DNA of 55,964 nucleotides from Oscillospiraceae bacterium. Lineage in GTDB: Bacteria; Bacillota; Clostridia; Oscillospirales; Oscillospiraceae. The stretch lies in NCBI GenBank assembly GCA_017630495.1, contig JAGBVD010000056.1:1-55964 (forward strand). The letters run 5' to 3'. Position numbers and translations under genes: made by a program. Each line of letters starts with the position of its first letter. The stretch's first letter is position 1. A model generated the notes under the pieces. That model was not told the DNA's origin and did no database searches. It saw only the letters and a program-made list of their open reading frames with translations. Positions 18,226-25,856 of this stretch are shown here, piece by piece.

Positions 18226-18309
18226 GGTGGGGGATGGTGGATTCGAACCACCGAAGGCATAGCCAGCAGATTTACAGTCTGTCCCCTTTGGCCACTCGGG
18301 AAATCCCCC
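18225..18309 (-). tRNA. tRNA-Tyr(GTA)
   Basis: Reverse complement GGGGGATTTCCCGAGTGGCCAAAGGGGACAGACTGTAAATCTG...GGTTCGAATCCACCATCCCCCACCA; 85 nt, long variable arm, encoded CCA. Confidence 0.97.
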
Positions 18310-18336
18310 ATATTCAAATTCTGTATGATGCCTGTA

Positions 18337-18412
18337 TGGAGCCGGTAGACGGACTCGAACCCCCGACCTGCTGATTACAAATCAGCTGCTCTACCAACTG
18401 AGCTATACCGGC
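18337..18412 (-). tRNA. tRNA-Thr(TGT)
   Basis: Reverse complement GCCGGTATAGCTCAGTTGGTAGAGCAGCTGATTTGTAATCAGCAGGTCGGGGGTTCGAGTCCGTCTACCGGCTCCA; 76 nt. Confidence 0.97.
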
Positions 18413-18432
18413 AGCTCAAACAGAACATACTC

Positions 18433-18461
18433 ATTATAGCCACGAAGGGGTGGGTTGTCAA
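18433..18461 (-). promoter_or_regulatory. Consensus sigma-A promoter of tRNA-Thr/tRNA-Tyr
   Basis: TTGACA(18461-18456)-17 bp-TATAAT(18438-18433). Confidence 0.85.
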
Positions 18462-18542
18462 GTGTTATTTTTGGTTTTTCGGGGAAAATCCGGCAAAGGG
18501 CAAAAACCTTAAAACACAATGCCTTTTCTCCCCTTCTCAAAG

Positions 18543-18573
18543 AAAAATCCGGAAGCCAAAGCTTCCGGATTTT
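18543..18573 (-). terminator. Terminator after the NagB-like gene
   Basis: AAAATCCGGAAGC-CAAA-GCTTCCGGATTTT. Confidence 0.8.
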
Positions 18574-18595
18574 AAGACTATGGTATGTATGGCAA

Positions 18596-19567
18596 TTAGT
18601 AGCCAACCTTCTCCCAGCACTGGAAGGGAGCAGCCAGTTCCTCGCTGATGTAGACCTGAGTCTTCTTGGTCTGCAGCATGGTGGAAGGCAGGTAAGGAGT
18701 GATGGGGCCGTGAGTACACAGACGGGAGATCATTCTCTGCCAGGAAGAGAAAGTACCGCAGGTAGCCAGAGCGTGAACTTCGATACGCTCCTTAGCACGC
18801 ATAACATCCAGAGGTCCGATAGTAGCAGCCTTGGGAGGTACGTTGGCGATGTCGCCGGACTGACCGAAGGTGCCGTTCAGGGAGTTCTGCATGATGGTCA
18901 TGGGGTGCAGCTCAACGATCTGCGCAGGCTGATTCAGCCACTCTTCGATGTCGCCGCTGCCGATGAACTCGGGGATGGGATCTACGAATGCCATATGGCC
19001 AGCCCAACCGGGAGAAGTGGAAGCGATGTCGGCGCCGCCTTCGGAAACATCATTGATGATCTTGGAGTAGTCCTTGATGTTAGCGTTGGTGGGGAAATGA
19101 ACATTTTCCATGGGCATTCTCAGCTTCTCGTCGATCTGGTAGTAGAAGTACTTGATCAGAGAATGTGCAAAGCCAGCCTCATAGGTGATGGGGGCAATGT
19201 TGCCGTCCTGGTCAGCCCACTCGTCCTCGGCAACCAGATGCACCTTGGAGCAGTCAACCTGGAAGTAGTTGATCAGCTGTGCCAGAGGGATGTAGGTATC
19301 GGGCTCGGGGTTGCCCAGAATCATGGTGAAGGTCTTGCCAGCCTCGGATGCTGCCTTCAGACGAGCAAACAGAGTAGCGATCAGAACCGGATGGGGGTTC
19401 ATCATGACCTTAACCTGGAACTCCGGATGCCACCAGGGCTCACGCTCTTCCAGCTGCTTGCCGCTCATATTACGAACGCGCTCGCAAACCGCTTTGTCCT
19501 TAAAAGGAACAAATGCAGCAGGCTCAAAGTCAAACTTGGTTGCGGGATCGACGATAAAGTCTTTCAT
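18596..19567 (-). CDS. Divergent NagB/6PGL-superfamily protein (glucosamine-6-P deaminase-like)
   Basis: AEDEW (cf. NMDEY), GWAGHMAFVDP (cf. GNDGHIAFNEP), VPPKAATIG, GPITPYLPSTMLQ. Family is recognisable; substrate is not. Confidence 0.75.
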   Translation of the reverse strand: MKDFIVDPATKFDFEPAAFVPFKDKAVCERVRNMSGKQLEEREPWWHPEFQVKVMMNPHPVLIATLFARLKAASEAGKTFTMILGNPEPDTYIPLAQLINYFQVDCSKVHLVAEDEWADQDGNIAPITYEAGFAHSLIKYFYYQIDEKLRMPMENVHFPTNANIKDYSKIINDVSEGGADIASTSPGWAGHMAFVDPIPEFIGSGDIEEWLNQPAQIVELHPMTIMQNSLNGTFGQSGDIANVPPKAATIGPLDVMRAKERIEVHALATCGTFSSWQRMISRLCTHGPITPYLPSTMLQTKKTQVYISEELAAPFQCWEKVGY

Positions 19568-19612
19568 ATTGTGCTTCTCCTTTTCGTTTTTCCTATTGGT
19601 ATGCCATAGGAA

Positions 19613-19674
19613 TTGTTATAACAAACCAATCATATTTACTTGTATATCATACCCTTTTATCACCCTTTTGTCAA
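19613..19674 (-). promoter_or_regulatory. Promoter of the NagB-like gene with a downstream palindromic operator candidate
   Basis: TTGACA(19674-19669)-17-TATGAT(19651-19646); perfect palindrome TTGTTATAACAA at 19613-19624. Confidence 0.65.
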
Positions 19675-19754
19675 TTGACATTTGGCAAAATTGTGCAGCT
19701 TTGGGCTTTTTTCTCCCAGGAAACCTGTTCCGGCGCAACGGTGTTGCTTTTGCG

Positions 19755-19783
19755 TTGACTTTTTATGTCTGTTGGTGTATGAT
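19755..19783 (+). promoter_or_regulatory. Promoter of the CBM9-like/AEC operon
   Basis: TTGACT(19755)-17-TATGAT(19778); AAGGAG RBS before 19812. Confidence 0.6.
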
Positions 19784-19811
19784 TTTGTTGCTGAGATAAG
19801 GAGATGAACTT

Positions 19812-20414
19812 ATGAAAGAATATACCGTGATCCGCTGCCCGGAAGGTCTTAACTGGGCAAATGTTCCTGCCATTTCTATGGACGAATTGCTGCACCCTAC
19901 CAATGCCAATGTGACGGCCCAGGCACAGGTTTGCTATGACGATGCATTCCTTTACATCCGCCTTTGTGCCAAGGAGCAAAATATCCGTGCCGAATATAAT
20001 GGTCTGCTGGACGAGGTTTGCGAGGACAGCTGTCTGGAGTTCTTCTTCTGCCCGATCCCCGGCGACAACCGCTATCTGAATATGGAGTGCAATCCCAACG
20101 GCGCAATGTATGTGGGTATGGGTACCGGCGTAGACAATTTGATTCGTCTTGTATTTGCCGAGCGGACACCCTTTGTTCCCCAGATCCAGCGCACAGAGGA
20201 CGGCTGGGAGGTTGTCCATGCCATTCCCTACACCTTTATCCGGCAGTTTTTCCCGGAATTTGCGCCGGCCCCCGGCTATTCCATCCGGGCCAATTTCTAT
20301 AAGTGCGGTGACCTGACCCCGGATCCCCACTACCTTATGTGGAATCCCGTTCCCGTCGCCCCCTGCGCATCCTTCCATCAGCCGGAGTATTTTGGTAAAC
20401 TGATTTTCGCGTAA
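19812..20414 (+). CDS. Stand-alone carbohydrate-binding family 9-like (DOMON-like) protein
   Basis: EDSCLEFF, YLNMECNPNG, RANFYKCGD, HYLMW, FHQPEYFG pattern; no signal peptide. Confidence 0.75.
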   Translation: MKEYTVIRCPEGLNWANVPAISMDELLHPTNANVTAQAQVCYDDAFLYIRLCAKEQNIRAEYNGLLDEVCEDSCLEFFFCPIPGDNRYLNMECNPNGAMYVGMGTGVDNLIRLVFAERTPFVPQIQRTEDGWEVVHAIPYTFIRQFFPEFAPAPGYSIRANFYKCGDLTPDPHYLMWNPVPVAPCASFHQPEYFGKLIFA

Positions 20415-20432
20415 ACAATCGAGGTATCTATA

Positions 20433-21383
20433 ATGCTTACTGCATTTGTTTCCACATTTGAACAAATGATCCGGGTGCTGATCGTGATCGCTTTTGGCTA
20501 CATACTGAACAAAACCCACGCAGTTCCCAAGTCAGCAGAATCGGTCCTTTCCAAGCTGGTTACACTGCTGTTTGCCCCGGCGCTGTCCTTTTACTCCTTT
20601 GCGGTGGAGTGTCAGATCAGTTCCCTGGTGGCCTTTGGACATTTGATTCTCATCGGTCTTGTTCTTCGGCTTTCCTCTATCGGCATTTCCTATCCCCTGG
20701 CAAAGCTGTTCTGCCCCAACGATAAATACCATCGGGGTGTTTACCGGTATGCTTTTTCCTTTCCCAACAGCGGTGCTTTTGGTACGCCGCTGATTTTGGC
20801 ATTTTTCGGTACATCCGGATTGTTCCAGTTCAGCTTGTTCCAGTTCACCGCTACCCTTCTGACCTACACCTGGGGCGCGTCCCAAATGGAGCCGGAGCAT
20901 AAGAAAGCTACCATCTGGAGACGGTTGGTCAAATGTATCAATCCCAACACCGTTGCGATGTTCAGCGGTATGCTGCTGGGTATTCTGGGTGCGAAGACCT
21001 GGATGCCAAGCATTGTGCTGACCACATTTAAGGACTTAAGCACCTGCTATGTGATGGGCGGTTTGCTGGTCATCGGTTTTACCCTTGCAGACTATTCCTT
21101 CAAAGAGATTTTCAGCAACTGGAAAGTCTATATTTTCACTGTCTTGCGGCTGTTTGTCATTCCCGGTGTGTTTTTGGCAGTACTGCTGCTATGCGGTGCG
21201 CCGGAGATGATCTGCATTATGACCGTTCTGGCTTACGCTGTTCCCTGTGGTATGGGCGCGGTGATCTTCCCTGCCTTTTACGGTGTGGAATGTGAGGACG
21301 GCGCCCAAATGGTGCTGATTTCCAGTCTGGCATCTATTATTACCATTCCCCTTATGTGGTCGCTGGTAACATTATTTGTATAA
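20433..21383 (+). CDS. AEC (auxin efflux carrier / malate permease) family transporter
   Basis: About 10 TMs; FPNSGAFGTPL, NPN, VPCG, ISSLASIITIPL motifs. Confidence 0.85.
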   Translation: MLTAFVSTFEQMIRVLIVIAFGYILNKTHAVPKSAESVLSKLVTLLFAPALSFYSFAVECQISSLVAFGHLILIGLVLRLSSIGISYPLAKLFCPNDKYHRGVYRYAFSFPNSGAFGTPLILAFFGTSGLFQFSLFQFTATLLTYTWGASQMEPEHKKATIWRRLVKCINPNTVAMFSGMLLGILGAKTWMPSIVLTTFKDLSTCYVMGGLLVIGFTLADYSFKEIFSNWKVYIFTVLRLFVIPGVFLAVLLLCGAPEMICIMTVLAYAVPCGMGAVIFPAFYGVECEDGAQMVLISSLASIITIPLMWSLVTLFV

Positions 21384-21417
21384 AAGGACACCCCACCGTG
21401 AACGGTGGGGTGTTTCT
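21384..21417. terminator. Bidirectional terminator between the AEC and NagA-like genes
   Basis: ACACCCCACCGT-GA-ACGGTGGGGTGT with A/T flanks. Confidence 0.75.
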
Positions 21418-21422
21418 GTATC

Positions 21423-22562
21423 TTATTGCACTTCGCCTTTAAAGATGACCTTCTTCACATTCATCTGGTAGTCACAGATGAGCAGGTCAGCGCGCATACC
21501 CTTGGCAATTAAGCCTCTGTCGGTAAAGCCAACAGCATTGGCTGGGTTGGTGGAAGCGTAGCGGAATACATCCACAATAGATGCGCCGGTGTGCTTCATC
21601 ATATTGCGGCAAGCCACGTTCAGCGTCAGCTTGGAGCCTGCGATCTCGCCCTCGAAATCAAAGCACAGGTCCGTAACACCGTCATAGCCTTCGGGAATCG
21701 GGCCGGGGAACACGCAGGCATCGGAGATCAACACCAAACGGTCCTCACCCTTGATCTTACGGATCAAGCGCTGCATATAGGGGTCTACATGGATACCGCG
21801 GCTGTCGCAAATCATTTCTGCGAAGATCTCACGGTTATAGTTGACAGTTTCGTCCACACAGACACCCCGGCACTCCGGATACTTGGGCAGGTCGCCGGTG
21901 GCATTGGTGTGGTGGGTGCCGATGCACAGACCATAAGGCATCAGTGCCTCGATCTGCTGGGGGCTGGCCTCGCTATGGCCTACGGAGAAGCGCACAGAGG
22001 GATTGACCTTCTTGGCATCCAGAACAAACTGCAAAATGTTTTCCCGCTCCGGGGCAACGACCCAAACCTTTGCATCATTTCCCAGCTGGTCAATGATCGG
22101 CTGGTATCTTTCCTTGCAAATCGGACCGGCCCAGGGATTGTTTTCCCGGCTTGCGCCGAATTTGGGATTCATATAGGGTGCTTCCATATAGAAGCCGGCA
22201 ATATTCTTGCCACCGGGGGTCTTCATAGCCGCCTGAATCTTCTTGGCCTGCTCCACCAGTGCGTCTTCCTTCTGGTCGAAATACAAGGTGGTCAGCACTG
22301 TGGTCGTGCCGTGTTCCAAATTAAAGGTTGCTGCCTTTTCCGGATTTTCATAGAACCAACAGCCACCACCGGCATGGGTATGGATATCGATCAGACCGGG
22401 GCCAACAAACTGACCTTCTGCGTCAATGACCTGGCAGCCTTCGGGAATCGCGAATGTGCGCATCTCACCAAAGTCGCAAATCACACCGTCTTCCATCAGC
22501 AGCACAGCTTCGGGAATCAAGTGATCCTTCATAACCAAAGTGGCATTCTTAATCGCAATCAT
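21423..22562 (-). CDS. NagA-like amidohydrolase (N-acetyl-amino-sugar deacetylase family)
   Basis: PGLIDIHTH, YMEAPY (metal Glu), VGHS, THHTNA, GIH, LISDA (catalytic Asp), IAGS, NPA..G..RADL. Confidence 0.82.
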   Translation of the reverse strand: MIAIKNATLVMKDHLIPEAVLLMEDGVICDFGEMRTFAIPEGCQVIDAEGQFVGPGLIDIHTHAGGGCWFYENPEKAATFNLEHGTTTVLTTLYFDQKEDALVEQAKKIQAAMKTPGGKNIAGFYMEAPYMNPKFGASRENNPWAGPICKERYQPIIDQLGNDAKVWVVAPERENILQFVLDAKKVNPSVRFSVGHSEASPQQIEALMPYGLCIGTHHTNATGDLPKYPECRGVCVDETVNYNREIFAEMICDSRGIHVDPYMQRLIRKIKGEDRLVLISDACVFPGPIPEGYDGVTDLCFDFEGEIAGSKLTLNVACRNMMKHTGASIVDVFRYASTNPANAVGFTDRGLIAKGMRADLLICDYQMNVKKVIFKGEVQ

Positions 22563-22637
22563 AATAACGCTCCTTTACCATAGCTACTAGATTATATGCA
22601 GAGATTTCCTATGTTTTCAATCATTTCCTACTTATAT

Positions 22638-22666
22638 ATCATAGCTATTTTGCCATCTAATGTCAA
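22638..22666 (-). promoter_or_regulatory. Promoter of the NagA-like gene
   Basis: TTGACA(22666-22661)-17-TATGAT(22643-22638). Confidence 0.65.
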
Positions 22667-22689
22667 TGCGATATTTGTGTTTTATATCG

Positions 22690-22721
22690 AAAAAGCAGAC
22701 ATCTGTCGATGTCTGCTTTTT
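22690..22721 (-). terminator. Terminator of the E2-E1-MBL operon
   Basis: AAAAAGCAGACATC-TGTC-GATGTCTGCTTTTT directly after the MBL stop. Confidence 0.8.
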
Positions 22722-23364
22722 AAATATGAATCCTTTCGCCCATAGCAGGAATCTGCACCCGGCAGTCATTTCCCGCCGTTTCTTTTACCGCAGTCCACAG
22801 ACCGATGGTGTCCTCCTCCGGCTTGGGCATATGGAGCAAAATCACCTTTTCTGCCCCAAAGGACTGGGTGATTTCCCAGGCGTTTTTTGTGGTCAGATAC
22901 GCATAAGGAACGATCAGCACATCCGGCTTGGGAAGATCGGCATTTCGCCACTGCAAAGGCGATGCATCGCCCAAAAACCAGACGCAGCTACTGCCCGCAA
23001 TCACAAAGCTTAAATGCTGCGTACACTTCCCTGCTGCGCCGATGTGGCGGCTGGGGATCGGTGTAACCGTTACACCACCAACACAAGTAACGGCTGCAGA
23101 AGTTCTTATCCCGGTCAAATCCTCCGGACCAAGAACAACCCCGTTTGTCTGCTTTTGATAATCGGCAGCATAAACGGGGTCGTAATGGTCTTTGTGGTTA
23201 TGGGTAAAGGCAAGCAGATCCGGCCATTTGGCGGAAAGCTCTGCCTTTATCGAAGGGGGTGTTGCCGGGTAGGGCTTGACCTCCCGGCAAACACCGTCCA
23301 ATAAGATCTCTGCGCCGTCCAGCTTCAGCAGAACACCTGCATTGGCTGTCCGTCTGATTTCCAT
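22720..23364 (-). CDS. MBL-fold metallo-hydrolase
   Basis: Start MEIRRTANAG at 23364 overlaps the E1 stop (TAATG); THNHKDH (HxHxDH), SRH, GDA, LLH motifs; 214 aa. Confidence 0.85.
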   Translation of the reverse strand: MEIRRTANAGVLLKLDGAEILLDGVCREVKPYPATPPSIKAELSAKWPDLLAFTHNHKDHYDPVYAADYQKQTNGVVLGPEDLTGIRTSAAVTCVGGVTVTPIPSRHIGAAGKCTQHLSFVIAGSSCVWFLGDASPLQWRNADLPKPDVLIVPYAYLTTKNAWEITQSFGAEKVILLHMPKPEEDTIGLWTAVKETAGNDCRVQIPAMGERIHI

Positions 23365-25838
23365 TATACGCCCTGCTTTGCTCTGCGCAGCATTTCTTCT
23401 ACGCTGGTAGCATCCTTGGGAGTATAGCCATCCAGGGGAACCAGCTTCTCGTGGATTGCATCCAGGATCCAGCTTGCCTGGGGGAAGAAGAACTCGTCGA
23501 ACTCGAAGGGAGGTGTGATCCAGTTGCGAGCGCCGATGACCACGGGAGGTGCATCCAGATCGTCGAAGCACAGCTCGGTGATGGTCTTGGCAACATCGTT
23601 CATGAAGGAGCCTCTTGCGCAAGCATCGGATACCAGCACAACGCGACCGGTCTTCTTAACAGACTCGATGATCTTGGTGTAATCCAGAGGTACCAGAGAG
23701 TGCAGGTTGATCACATCAGCTTCCATACCGTACTTCTCGCTCAGTTCCTTGGCGGCATCCATAGCCCGGTACAGAACTGCGCCGATGGTCAGGATGGTAA
23801 CATCCTTGCCGTCGCGGACCTTGTTGGTATCGCCGATCTCGATCTCGTAACGCTCTTCGGGAACGCCACCCTCGTGGAACTGCTCGCCCACGTCGTAAAT
23901 TCTCTGGCTTTCAAAGAACACAACGGGGTCAGTGCCCTTCAGAGCGGTCTCCATCAGACCCTTAGCTTCCCAAGGAGTTGCGGGGAAGCAAACCTTCAGG
24001 CCGGGGATATGTGCACACAGTGCGGTCCAGTCCTGGGAGTGCTGTGCGCCGTACTTGGAGCCGACGGAAACACGCAGAACCAGGGGCATCTTCAGAATGC
24101 CGGCAGACATGGACTGCCACTTGGCCATCTGGTTGAAGATTTCGTCACCGGCGCAGCCGATGAAGTCAGCGTACATCAGTTCCACCATTGCACGGCCGCC
24201 GGACAAAGCGTAGCCGACACCGGTACCAACGATCGCGCCTTCTGCCAGAGGAGAGTTAAACAGTCTGCTATGGGGCAGAGCGTCCATCATACCACGGTAA
24301 ACAGCAAATGCGCCACCCCAGTCACGGCAGTCTTCGCCGTAAGCGATCATAGTGGGATCTTCATAGAAGCGGTCCCAGATAACCTCGGACAGAGCGTCGC
24401 GGAGGTTGTACAGCTTCATCTTGGAGACGGGCTTGCCGTCGGGGCCGATGGGGCTGCGGGACTTGGACTTGATCTTCTTGTAGCCTTCAGCCTCTTCCTT
24501 GGGAACAGTGTACTCAGGCTCACGATCGTCGAACTTATCAACCTTCTGGTTGGAGAACATCAGGCGCTCAACAACAGCAGGATCCTTGACGAAATCGCAG
24601 TAGGGGCTGATTTCGGGATCGGCAGCTGCCTTGCAGATGATGGTCATACGCTCCTTGGTCTCTTCCAGGATTGCGTCCACCTCTTCCTGGGTCATAACGC
24701 CGGCTTCGATCAAAGCAGCAGGATAGGTGGTCAGCGGATCCACTTCCTTCCAAGCGTCCATCTCTTCCTTGGTGCGGTATGCATTCTGGTCGGAGACGGA
24801 GTGGCCGGAGAAACGGTAGGTCAGAGTTTCCAGCATGACGGGGCCCTGGCCATTGCGCAGCAGCTCCAGCTTGCGCTCCATAGCGTCGATGACAGCCAGA
24901 GGATTGAAGCCGTCAACAGTTTCCGCGTGGAACTGGGTGGGGCTGACACCGGAAGCGATACGAGCCATAACGCCCTGGCCCATGGTCTCGCCACGGGTCT
25001 GGTCGCCCATACCGTAGGAGTTGTTGAAGATGTTGTACAGGATGGGCATACCGTCGGTATGGCTCTCCCACAGGGTCTTGTACTGGTCCATTGCGGAGAA
25101 GTTCAGAGCTTCCCAAACAGGGCCACGAGCCATGGAAGCGTCACCGATGTTGCAGACAACGATACCCTTCTTGTTGTTGACCTTCTTAAACAGAGCGGAG
25201 CCGGTGGAAATAGTACCGGAGCCGCCAACAATTGCGTTGTTGGGGTAAATACCGAAGGGCAGGAAGAATGCGTGCATAGAGCCGCCCATACCCAGGTGGA
25301 AACCGGTCTCACGAGCGAAGATCTCGGAAAGTGTGCCGTACAGAATGAAGCGGATGGCCAGGTCCTTGGTGTCCTTGGCCTCGCCCAGCTTCTGGGCGGC
25401 CCGGAGGCACTTGCCTTCCAGGAAGTTTTCCATAACATTCATCAGCTGCTCATCAGACATCTTCTGGATGGTGGACAGAGCCTTAGCCAGAATCTCGGAG
25501 TGAGAGCGGTGGCTGCCGAAAGCGAAGTCGTTCTCGTCCAGCAGGTAAGCCTGGCCGACACAAGCTGCTTCCTGACCGATGGACAGGTGGGCAGGGCCGG
25601 GATAGGTGTGGTCGATGCCGTTGTAGCCGCCCTGGGTCTTAATGTTGTTGAGCATGGTCTCAAACTCACGCAGAACGGTCATATCCCGGAAGATGCGGAT
25701 CAGGTCTTCCTTGGTGTACTTGCCGGATTCCAGTTCTTCCTTAACGGTCTTGTTATACTGGTTAACGGGAATATCATTGAATGTGACCTTGCCGGGTGCG
25801 CGCACCACGGAAGGATCTACAAATAAACTCTTAGGCAT
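23364..25838 (-). CDS. Fused alpha+beta E1 component of a ThDP-dependent 2-oxoacid/acetoin dehydrogenase-type complex
   Basis: Alpha part: HLSIGQEA, SHRSH, GGSMH, GDA...NN ThDP motif, TYRFSGHS.SD. Beta part: GED..GGAF, SPLAE, GAQHSQ, DPVVFFE, LDAPP. Confidence 0.9.
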   Translation of the reverse strand: MPKSLFVDPSVVRAPGKVTFNDIPVNQYNKTVKEELESGKYTKEDLIRIFRDMTVLREFETMLNNIKTQGGYNGIDHTYPGPAHLSIGQEAACVGQAYLLDENDFAFGSHRSHSEILAKALSTIQKMSDEQLMNVMENFLEGKCLRAAQKLGEAKDTKDLAIRFILYGTLSEIFARETGFHLGMGGSMHAFFLPFGIYPNNAIVGGSGTISTGSALFKKVNNKKGIVVCNIGDASMARGPVWEALNFSAMDQYKTLWESHTDGMPILYNIFNNSYGMGDQTRGETMGQGVMARIASGVSPTQFHAETVDGFNPLAVIDAMERKLELLRNGQGPVMLETLTYRFSGHSVSDQNAYRTKEEMDAWKEVDPLTTYPAALIEAGVMTQEEVDAILEETKERMTIICKAAADPEISPYCDFVKDPAVVERLMFSNQKVDKFDDREPEYTVPKEEAEGYKKIKSKSRSPIGPDGKPVSKMKLYNLRDALSEVIWDRFYEDPTMIAYGEDCRDWGGAFAVYRGMMDALPHSRLFNSPLAEGAIVGTGVGYALSGGRAMVELMYADFIGCAGDEIFNQMAKWQSMSAGILKMPLVLRVSVGSKYGAQHSQDWTALCAHIPGLKVCFPATPWEAKGLMETALKGTDPVVFFESQRIYDVGEQFHEGGVPEERYEIEIGDTNKVRDGKDVTILTIGAVLYRAMDAAKELSEKYGMEADVINLHSLVPLDYTKIIESVKKTGRVVLVSDACARGSFMNDVAKTITELCFDDLDAPPVVIGARNWITPPFEFDEFFFPQASWILDAIHEKLVPLDGYTPKDATSVEEMLRRAKQGV

Positions 25839-25856
25839 AGATCTGTACCTCCTTAA

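Noticed and set aside
17769-18374. 201-aa and 170-aa ORFs across the tRNA-linked repeats
   Set aside because: They overlap tRNA genes antisense, start at TTG without an RBS, and simply translate the repeats.
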